Source: Macrostomum lignano (taxonomy: Eukaryota). Taken from it: a stretch of DNA of 64,000 nucleotides. Location of the stretch: positions 149,148 through 213,147 of the forward strand of contig NIVC01002014.1 in assembly GCA_002269645.1 (NCBI GenBank), read 5' to 3'. The notes beneath the pieces are model-generated. The model made no database searches. It was not told the origin of the DNA and saw only the letters and a program-made list of their open reading frames with translations. Position numbers and translations under genes: made by a program. How positions within the stretch are numbered: the stretch's first letter is position 1; each line of letters opens with the position of its first letter. Below are positions 1 through 9,643 of the stretch, one piece after another.

Positions 1-204
1 TAAATTGATAGGCCTGCCTTAGGGGTAGGCCTAGGCCTATAAAAAATACCAATCAATTTTTTATTTAATACTAGTTATCGAATTTTAATAATATAAATAT
101 AATGCATGAACAACTAGGCCCTATAGTAATTTGTAACTTATTTATAATATAATTTTTTTATATAATATGTGGTACCAAAACATTGAATACATATATCAAA
201 AGCC

Positions 205-975
205 GGCAATCCTACACTTCCGTTCGGTAAATTATTTTGACATTTGAATTTTGAACAGGCGTGTTAAATAACAATGTAACCAAACAAAACTGAAACAGTG
301 GAACATGGTAGCAGTCTGTTAGAGTGCATAGTCACTTAGAGTGTGTCTGTAGGTCATTAAGGTGTCTACAATGGATAGTAATGTCCAATCCAGTACAGGA
401 TAGCCCCAAATGGACATTGGGGATACAGACGACGCCAGAGAAATTCCTCAATGTGTGCGTCGAAGAGAGCGTCGCTTGTGCTATGCATGTTGCGGATCTT
501 GCGCTTCGCGTGGGCCCATGTGCCCTCCACGGTGTTGGTGTGGACTGTTGGGTCCGCTGGATCTACGAAGTGCAGCCGATGGTTCACCGAGACGTGGTTG
601 GGTAGACAAGACAGGAAGATATGAGAAGCTCAATAAAACAAACTGTCAAAAAGCTAGACGAGTAAGGAGATGGATCAGCTTCTCTGTTTAAACTGACTGG
701 GGCTAAGAAAAAGAACGTTTCTTATACTGTTCGTGTTGCCCATTCCTCTTGTACAGGGACCAGTGTGCTTCCGACCGGAAAAAATATCTATGGCTCAGTC
801 AGAAGCCAAATAGTCTATGGTTTAGACTATAGTTTAGTTTAGAATAGTTTGCACCCCTTTAAACTCTGTTCGCTCAAACTTTTGGCCATAGACACATTGC
901 CAATCGACGTAATTTGACTCGGTGGTACGAATTCAAATGTGAAAATAATTTACCAAACAAAAGTGTAGGATTGCC
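205..975 (-). mobile_element. Non-autonomous (internally deleted) Merlin/IS1595-family DNA transposon
   Basis: 46-bp terminal inverted repeats starting GGCAATCCTACACTT (205-250 vs 930-975, 42/46 identical); perfect 8-bp flanking direct repeat CAAAAGCC (197-204, 976-983); internal transposase C-terminal fragment. Confidence 0.9.
366..600 (-). pseudogene. Merlin/ISXO2 (DDE_Tnp_IS1595) transposase C-terminal fragment
   Basis: HVSVNHRLHFVDP...HTNTVEGTW...KRK...EEFLWRR matches the H.tVNH..FVdp..hTn.IEg.W / EF.wR pattern containing the catalytic Glu; an in-frame stop upstream means the N-terminal DD part is missing. Confidence 0.85.
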
Positions 976-1625
976 CAAAAGCCTAAGTGCTAAAATCACT
1001 TTTTGTAAGCCAAAAAATAGATGATGTAGGCAAGATCCTATGCTGGTCTGGCTCTATAGATTACATAACTTTTGGCTTAAGGGCTAGCAGCATAGTGCCC
1101 ATTTTGCAGACAGTGGGGTATATGCCAGAAAATTCTAGTATATACTTGATTTCTGTGGCGTATACCAGTGTATATTTCTTGGCTGTGTATAGTGTGGCAT
1201 ACAGTGTGGTGTATGGCAACTGGCATAGAAATTAATATAAAGAATTATTCGTGTTTTTTCTGTGTTAAGTTATTTCAAAAACCTTTTTTTGCTACTATTT
1301 TCTCATTTACTAATCATTTTATTACTGGAATTGTCACGACAATTGTCATGTCATTATCAATTTTTTGTAGTTTAAATTTAAATTTAAATATTTGTTGCTT
1401 TTTTACCATTTTTTAAGTTGGTGTACATTTAAAATCTATTGGCATACAATTAAAAATTCAATAAAAATGTGTCTGGCGTATACAGAAAACCTTCCGTAAT
1501 ATGGCATAGTGCTAACTCCTATTAGGTCATATACTATCCCAGTATAAAAAGTTGCATCTGATAGATGACAAATTGTCTTTGTCGATAAGTACCCCTTATG
1601 TATGTCCTAATAAGAGGGCCTATGG

Positions 1626-2217
1626 GGTGCATGTCAAAATGGCCACACACAAAATGTCCTCACGATGGGATAGCCACACCGTCAAAATGGCCACACATCA
1701 AAATGGCCATATATCAAAATGGCCACATATAACAAATTTTTACAAGTTGTGTATGCGTGAGTTAGTTTAGTTGAGTGAGTTAGTTGAATCAATTTAATGT
1801 TAGTTTATTTCATCATACAATGTGCAAATATGTTTCTAAAGTTATTTAATTAAGTCTTTATGCTAATGTGTCAAGTTATTCGAGTTATTAGATACTTGCT
1901 TATAGTCCAATGTTTATAGACTTTGTAAGAAATTGCAGATTGGATTCGAAATTCGACTTGATAATAAATGCATAGGATAATTTCAAATAAGTATGCAAAC
2001 AAGTTTATATGTCTTTAAACAAATATGTGCCACAAAGTAAAATTAAAATTAGTAAAGTCAATAAAATTAGGTTGATGTCCTAATTTCAAATGTCTGGCCA
2101 TGATGGTGCAGCCATTCAAATTTGTTATATGTGGCCATTTTGACGTGTAGCCATTTTGACAATGTGGCCATTCTGTTGTGAGGCCATTTGGTGTGTGGCC
2201 GTTTTGATGTGGATTCA
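1626..2217. mobile_element. Foldback/MITE-like element with ~100-bp imperfect TIRs built from CAAAATGGCCAC repeats
   Basis: 1633-1739 is the imperfect reverse complement of 2118-2210 (e.g. CAAAATGGCCACATATAACAAATTT / AAATTTGTTATATGTGGCCATTTTG); flanked by 8-bp direct repeat GCCTATGG (1618-1625, 2218-2225). Confidence 0.7.
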
Positions 2218-3622
2218 GCCTATGGTCATGCAGATACTGATAAAACAAAAATTTTGGATGGTTGTTGGACTGATAGATTTTTGCACTATTATGGTTATAA
2301 GTATATACTATTATGGTTATAAGTAGACATTTAAAGATAGGCCTATTAAAGACTCAAATGCAGAAAATTGAAATGGCTTAATTGTTGCCCAAATTTTAAT
2401 GCCTCATTGTTGTTTTATTGTAAGTGTTATTAAAAAGCATATAAAAGTTTAAAGTATTTAAAAAAATATACAAGTGTTTTATAATAAAGGCTTCAACACA
2501 AAACAGGAAAAAATGTGACATTTTATAATTACAAGTATTAGGGCCTACAAATAATGTGCAAAAAATATTGAAAAATAGTTTAAAATTGCTTGGAGAAGCC
2601 AATAGTAAACTATTAATGCTTTAATATCATAAAAGTTTTGAGATAAATTATTTATTTGTCATTGGATGACAACAAAAGTTGGGGTCTTTGTGCTGGGTAC
2701 AAAAACTCAGTAGGCCTAGCAGTAGCAAGGCTAGAAGCGATAGCCACTTCCAGCGAGCTGCAGACCTCTTAGCAGCATGCTTTAGGATGCATGCCATTTC
2801 TTTTTTGATGGCCTATTCTGATGGCTTCAATTTATCATATGGATAGATAAGCACAATTGTGTCTGTGGTAGGAAAAGTTGTATAATTTTTGTAGCACTCA
2901 TACAGAAAATTAATTTTAATTACTCTCAGTAGTAGAAAAATAATTTTTATTAGCAGTCTTTTTTAAACTGTTTTTAACCAAGGATAAGATTTGCATTGTT
3001 TTTGCCTACTCTGCATTTTATCTTCTATAATATAGCATATACTCATATTTCATATAAGCTTACTTATATTCAATGGTGGGAAGTTATTTCATCTTCCAAT
3101 GTTAATTCAAACAATAGTTTTCAGCAAACTCTCAAGTCGTTTTTTCTTCTCAGCCACTATTTGGTATAGCATATAGACTGTTGGGTCCAAATCTATTGTA
3201 AGGATCCAGCAACACTTATAGAACAATAGCATTGTACTATTCACCTTAGTACTTTGCCCTAACATGTATTGGGCTCAGATAATAGTGGTTCATATTGTTT
3301 AAAGCTGTCTAGTTCTCACTAGTAAAACTTGAATATTTGTTGTCTAGCTTAACCTCCTCTTCCAACCTTTCAACAATTTGGCTGTCCTCAATAAAGAAAA
3401 CTATGTATTGTGTCATTGTCTTAGAAATAACAAATTTATCTTAATAGCAAAACACAAATCACTGGGTATAATGTCTTTCTATGCCAATTTAAAGTTATAT
3501 TTCTTCCTTATTTGGCTCTCTATTCCTCATAACCAACCCTGTCATTTGGCAAATTCCAAGGTCCATTGAAACCCAAAACTGAATTCCAATTGGCTCACCA
3601 CTCGTAAAGTAAGTTAATGGTA

Positions 3623-3726
3623 GATTAAGTCTATGGTTTCAGACTCGGATAATGATCACAGTCACGAGTGGCGAAGCCACGAGTGACTGCTGATCATTAT
3701 TTAATTCTGAAACCATAGACATAATC
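3623..3726. other. ~100-nt imperfect hairpin with GCGAAGC apex
   Basis: Arms GATTAAGTCTATGGTTTCAGA...GTCACGAGTGGC / GCCACGAGTGAC...TCTGAAACCATAGACATAATC; loop GAA at 3673-3675. Confidence 0.9.
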
Positions 3727-4006
3727 GCATTATCATATAGACTAGCGTTTTCGGTTGATCATTATGTAACGCCATTAAGCCACGCCATTAAGTAACGCTG
3801 CAGTGTCTTTGTGCCATAGATATTGGCTCGGCAGTGAGCAGGGACAAGGGGGCGCAGCTCCCTTGCGGGGGTGTGGGGGCAGAGCCCCCACTAATTGGAC
3901 CATAGACAATTTTTTAGAATACAGTTCTCTAAATGAAAAGCTCGACCATGAAGTCTGTTAGGAAGTTAAGAACTAGAAGCAAGAAGCGAGAGAAATCGAA
4001 TTAAAA

Positions 4007-5356
4007 ATGCCTCTTATCAACTGGAAAAACCTACCGGTCGACAGTTTAGATGGCGTCTCGTCTACTGAACTAGATTTTCTGAGTGAACTGAGCGCCGTGA
4101 ACCACAGTTCCGATGAAATTCTTGGAGATTTTATCGACTACCTGACTAAAATCGAGACGGCTGATGAGGCCGCTGCGGTTTCTAGTGTCGAGCTTCCAGA
4201 ACTATCTGATTTACCCAGTGCGATGGATGTTGCCGAACTGGAATCACTGCCAAGCACTACACGAGAACACATGTTTCTGTATGGCAAAATGTTCGTGGAG
4301 TTTTTGAAGAAACATGGTGCTGTGGATGTAAGCGTGATCAGTGACAGTCGCTTGGCCGAATTTTTAAGGTTCTTTTACTTCTGTCTAAAAAAATCTGACG
4401 GCAGTTGCTATTCGCCAGCTACGTTGGTCTGCATTCGTGCTGGAGTGCAGAGGTACTCGACTCTCGTGCTGAAGCGTCGAACAAATATTATTTCCAGTGA
4501 CGAGTTCGCCACTGCCAACCGGATGCTGCGAGTAAAGGTGCGGCATTTTCATGCTGATGGAGGAACTGTCAATCAGCACGAGCCAATAGAAGAAGGTGAT
4601 TTACAGAAAATGCGTGCTTATTTTGACCGTTCTACAGCAGAACGGTTGCAAGATGAAGTACTATTTACGCTGCTGTATGTCCTGGGCGAGAGAGGTCAAG
4701 AACACCTGTCAAGTCTAAAGCAAGTTGGCACGCTCCAAGAAGAAGTCGACGCTGATGGGAATCCATATCTTGCGTTGCCGCCGTTAAAGACAAAAAACCA
4801 GACTAGCGATCCAACAAAATGCAAGGGAAATCAGCGCAAACAGAGTCGGATCTACGGCGCTCAGCGGGAGTTGATCCTGCATTATCAGAGTTTGTTACCG
4901 CAGAATTCGTCCTCGTTCTTTCCGCGCCCTCTGACTAACAATTCGGGAGGACAAATTCGATTCTCTGCTACGCAAGTGCGCGGTGTCAATTGGTTGGCTG
5001 CATTCATGAAGCACGTTAGTAGTGTGTGCAACCTCTCCAAGCAGTACACGAATCACTGCATACGCGTCACGCGTATTGCGGATCTTTTCGACAAAGGAAT
5101 GCCTATGGGGGAGATAATGGCGGTAACGGGACAACGATCGGAGTCCACTGTTCGACGTTATCTCGCACGCAAGCGTGACAGAACCCTCAGGAAGGTTGCT
5201 ACCGCTGTTAGTGACAATTTGGCCGCACCAACCGATGCGACTACGAGTGCAACCACTAGTGCAACAGTCATGCAGCAAGCTCAAGTTGACCTGCGAAGTG
5301 TGCAACAGCCGATGTTTGCCAACTGCCTCTTCGATGGGTGCACGTTCAAATTCTAA
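4007..5356 (+). CDS. Tyrosine recombinase (Crypton/DUF3504-type), 449 aa, intronless
   Basis: YSPATLVCIRAGVQRY core-binding motif, GERGQE (catalytic Arg), KTKNQ (Lys), HCIRVT (HxxR), TGQRSESTVRRY (nucleophile Tyr; box II His replaced by Gln). Confidence 0.9.
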   Translation: MPLINWKNLPVDSLDGVSSTELDFLSELSAVNHSSDEILGDFIDYLTKIETADEAAAVSSVELPELSDLPSAMDVAELESLPSTTREHMFLYGKMFVEFLKKHGAVDVSVISDSRLAEFLRFFYFCLKKSDGSCYSPATLVCIRAGVQRYSTLVLKRRTNIISSDEFATANRMLRVKVRHFHADGGTVNQHEPIEEGDLQKMRAYFDRSTAERLQDEVLFTLLYVLGERGQEHLSSLKQVGTLQEEVDADGNPYLALPPLKTKNQTSDPTKCKGNQRKQSRIYGAQRELILHYQSLLPQNSSSFFPRPLTNNSGGQIRFSATQVRGVNWLAAFMKHVSSVCNLSKQYTNHCIRVTRIADLFDKGMPMGEIMAVTGQRSESTVRRYLARKRDRTLRKVATAVSDNLAAPTDATTSATTSATVMQQAQVDLRSVQQPMFANCLFDGCTFKF

Positions 5357-7315
5357 CAAAGAATATATAGCTCGTACTTATAAGTCTTAACTGTCGAAAA
5401 TCAAATACTTTGGTATTCGTTTGCTTTGCTATATCCTCGATCTGTTTCCTGTTAAAGTTCTTGTTGCTTAAATTAATAAAAACAGTGAATTTCTCGCTCA
5501 TAATCTATGGCAATTTATCGTGACTTAACAGCTTCATTAAAAAATGCATTAAAAAACGATAGTCTATATGATAATTTAGTTTGAGACAAAGCTTCTACTA
5601 TTAGTTAGTATTTGACTCTTTGACATAGAGACTAAAACCTTGAGAATGCCAGACTGCTTTTCTTTGTTCTGCTTTGCCCACTGCTTCATTGAATGCCTTG
5701 TAGCATATCAAAACCAAGATTTATAGCTGTAGCTTGTAGAAATTATAAAACCTATTCTATACATTGGTTTGTGAACCCTAGATCAAATGAAGAGGCTCAA
5801 AAAAGCTCTTTGTTATTGGGGGTATGAGTGACTAAACTAGAGGTAGCTAATTTAAAAAATATAAAAATATTGGAAGGAGAGGCTTGAGAGGCTTTCACTT
5901 GCTTCTTTACAGCAGCATCTCTTGCAACCAACCCATTACCCACTTGTTTGCTATCAGTATCAAAGAAGCCTTTGAAGTGGTTCCTTTTCTATCCAACTCA
6001 GTCTCCCATAAAGTAAACAACCTTATGACTTTTAATCTAGATTGTAGTTTAGTTCACTGTTTCCACCAATCAAACAGAATAGTAACAATGTATTTGGTGC
6101 AGCTAGAAATTCAAATCCCTTGGGGAGTAGAAGGAGTGGGCCTGTACAGTATCAAAAATATAGTATGCTCATATTACTTTGCATTTTCTGGGGTCTCCTG
6201 TTGCCCCTTTGCTGCGCCAACACCTGAATAGAGAGGCTAACAAAAATTCCCAAATTATATTACAGATAGATCAAACTCAATCAGTGTGCCCTCAAGAGCT
6301 TTTTTTTCTAAGATCAAAGTTAGTCCATTTATTGTCATTTTTTGAGTTTTTGTCAATAATTTCAGAAGTAATGACTGTAAAAATAATTAAATTTAAGAGA
6401 ACTAGTGTTGAAAACTAATCAATTGAATAATTAAACCAACTTTTTAGTAAGTTCAAAGTAAGTCCATTTTTTCTACAAGGCAACCACCTAACCGAACCTA
6501 GCTTCTCTCTGTTCTTTCTTTCCAGAGACTTCTAAATATAAGAGCTTGACTGGCAAGGGTTTTGGGCCCCTTGCAAGATGAGACCTGCTTTTCTAGCCAA
6601 TAGCTTTAGGGCTAATAGCAGTTTTGCATTGAAGCTGAACAAAAAACAGAGCATTAACTGGGAAGCAAATAGTTTTTTGATATTGCAAACAATTTAAAGC
6701 TTTTAAATAAAAATTTTTTGTCAAAGTTTCCTTTCACTAACTTCATAAACAAATATAGTAATTAATTCAATGTATTAAAATGCATTCATAATTGTATTGA
6801 AGTAAACACAATAGAAATGGATGTTGTTACATTTGCTCAAGTTGGTATATTATAGGTATCTAGTCAATTGAATATTGAACTATTATATGAGTAGAATACA
6901 AAAATACACAAATGAGTGCTAGATTAAGTGCTAATTAGCTTTACAGATGAAAAATTTTAGTCTTGATGGGCTAGTAGAAATGGAAAGCAAAAATTGCTTT
7001 AATAAATAATTGGCAAATGGGATGCAAATTTTGCAGGAAAATGGAGCGCTTACTAAAGACTATCAATTAGAATTATTTAGCAAGTTTTAGCACTTATTCA
7101 CTTATATTAAGATATTTAAATTTGTTGTTAAGCTTAGAACTTTTGTGCAGACTATTTATCTTTTTGAAAGAACTAGATTCAATGGGTCACTTGCTCTGCA
7201 TTATATTCTTTGATTTACTACATTGAGGTGTCACAAACACAAAAGAATATATCCACACAGCACAAATAAATATAGTAAAATAAAAAAACAATTACAAAAC
7301 ATAAAGCCATCTATC

Positions 7316-7800
7316 TTACTTGTTGGTACTGAGGCCAGAAAGCTTCGCTACTTTCCTGTTTCTTCTGGCAGTGCTGCTTTCTACTGACAGGTCCTTCGAC
7401 AGATTTTTCATCATGCAGTTGAAGAAGAACCTGACCATGCCGTCCTGTATGTCATGACCTTTAGAGCAGATTGTGCTTCCAAAGAAGCTCTCTGGGAAAA
7501 CATCATCCTCCATTAGCTCATTAACTAGACAAAAGAACAGCGCCATCTGATTTGAAGCACAGAGCAATTGGCTTTGCAGCTTTTAATTTCCTCGAATACC
7601 TTCTAGCAGTGGCTTGCCAGATTAAAAACAACTTTAGTTGGCTTGGATAGGCCACTGTGGTTGAGCTCATTGATGAAGGCAGCAATAGCTTGCTGAGTGA
7701 ATTCATTTGATGCAAGCGGAGACAGGGAATTGGATGTAATTACCAGCAGGGCAGCTGTAGGCTTCGTCGACGAAATGTCTATTGCAGACATGCAAGCCTC
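7316..7800 (-). pseudogene. Decayed DNA-transposase C-terminal relic (P-element/THAP9-like)
   Basis: Frameshifted, stop-interrupted pieces FINELNHSGLSKPTKVVFNLASHC*KVFEEI and ICSKGHDIQDGMVRFFFNCMMKNLSK...RNRKVAKL resemble P-like transposase C-termini. The family assignment is from memory only. Confidence 0.4.
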
Positions 7801-8828
7801 TTTTGTGGATGAGTGCCAGCTCTGAGCTCAATGAATTCCAGTTAAAGCAGACATTGCCATTCACTGTCACTGGCAACCACATGGTCGCTGGGAAAAGTAT
7901 GTAGCCAAATACGCTCGTATGTGTCGCTTCATTTGATCTCAAAAATTGAATTTGTGCACCCATAGGCACAGCAGTACCTTGCATCAGAATTAATTTTTGG
8001 AGCAACTAGCAATTTTTCTTGCCATGCGCACACTGACGCTCACCCAAAGAGTAGACACTTTGAGCCATAGACTATAACACAAATTGGCTTAATTCAATGC
8101 AGAGTGAAATATCTAGTGTTTTATTATCTGCACTTGATCCACAAGATGAGATGAAGCTTGCACAGTCAGCTCTGCACATAGACAAAGCTGAGATAGTTCC
8201 AGGTAGGCAGTAAAACCTGCCAGCTACTTCAAAGTTATGGAAAGGTCTCTAACTTAAAAAAATTCAAGTTCTTTCTAATAGAGATGGTCCCACAAGTTGG
8301 TAGTTAGAAGATTTTCAATGTTTAGTCTTGTGAATAAGCAAAACCACACATACTTGCCAAGTGCTTTCCAAATAGCAATTAATGTGTACCAATCCATCTT
8401 TTCAAGTCAGAGAAAGTAGCTAAAAACATAATAAACTTTCCAGGTGTAGACCATTATCCTGATGATGTTTGGTCACCAGTATCAAACTCTGGCTAGTAAT
8501 GGAACAGATAAAGCTAAACATGACATAGCATGCCTCTAGATGGTACATTTGTCTATTGAAGCATTAGTGCAGCTTCATCATTGAAATTTTGTACTAGCAA
8601 GTAGAAGTGCAAGTCACATTCTGCTTTTGCTATTAAGGTCGTAGTGAAAGCCTTCTAATTTCTTGCTACTTATTAGTAGAAAATTTCCTTCAATTCTGCT
8701 TTTAATGAATGCAGAAGAAAAATTAACGCATCTAAATAGGCAATTTTAATATGCTAAAACTCCCACAGCCTCGTTTTGGACCTCCCCGTTGATCCCCAGT
8801 TAAATGAGGACTCAACGATCACCGGCCC

Positions 8829-9611
8829 ATGGCTGAGTCATTCGCTGCCGAGCTGGCCAGGCATTCGCGCGGCCTGGCCGAGTGCCGCAAGGAGGCGCTC
8901 AAACACCTGGCCCACCTGGCCCTGAGCTACAAGCGCCAGCCCAATGTCTGCAGGGCTGTGGTGGACCTGCTGTGCCAGCAGATGGACAAGGTATTCATTC
9001 ATGGCCGCTACTCTAGCAGTCCCTGGCCCCGAAACTCTAGCAGTCCTTGGCCTCGCAACTCTAGCAGTCCCTGGCCCCGCAACTCTAGCAGTCCCTGGCC
9101 CCGCAACTCTAGTAGTCCCTGGCCCCGCTACTCTAGCAGTCCCTGGCCCCGCAACTCTAGCAGTCCCTGGCCCCGCAACTCTAGCAGTCCCTGGCCCCGC
9201 AACTCTAGCAGTCCCTGGCCCAATCGCATTCGCAGACTGGCAGCGGCTCGGAGCGAGTCGGCCTGGCCTGCCTCGCCGACTGGCTGGCCCGCAGCAGCTC
9301 GGACGCCTACCGGCCTCTGTTGGCGCCGCACGCGGTGCGCATTTTTGCTAGCGCGCACCAACGCGCCGATTCGCAGGGCCGCGCCAGGCTGGACAAGGTG
9401 CGCCGGTCCTGGTGCGCCATGTTCCACCGCGCCGCTGCCGAGTTGGATCGCATTGCTAGCGGCGGCAGCGGCGGAGGCGGTAGCACCATCCTGGGCCTGG
9501 ACGTGGACGCGGACATTATAGTGCAGTTCGCGCTGAACAAGCAGGGAAAGTCCGAGCAGCGTCAGCAGCCGCAGGAGCAGCAGGACGCGCCGTATGATCC
9601 GTTTGTTGAGG

Positions 9612-9643
<32 letters not shown>

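Larger units (their letters stand above)
3623..5575 (+). mobile_element. Crypton-like tyrosine-recombinase DNA element
   Basis: Single intact YR ORF; left-end hairpin 3623-3726; 23-bp inverted repeat 3729-3751 vs 5553-5575 (22/23); AGTCTAT core at both ends (3628, 5561); no TSD seen. Confidence 0.8.

Noticed and set aside
7703-8005. HVCNRHF as a THAP domain
   Set aside because: The motif lies next to C-terminal-type transposase relics and lacks the N-terminal C-x2-4-C and the Trp/Pro pattern.
8060-8085. GCCATAGACTATAAC as the end of a second Crypton-like element (similar words at 785-890)
   Set aside because: Only an 8-9-bp match, with no hairpin, ICR or partner end.
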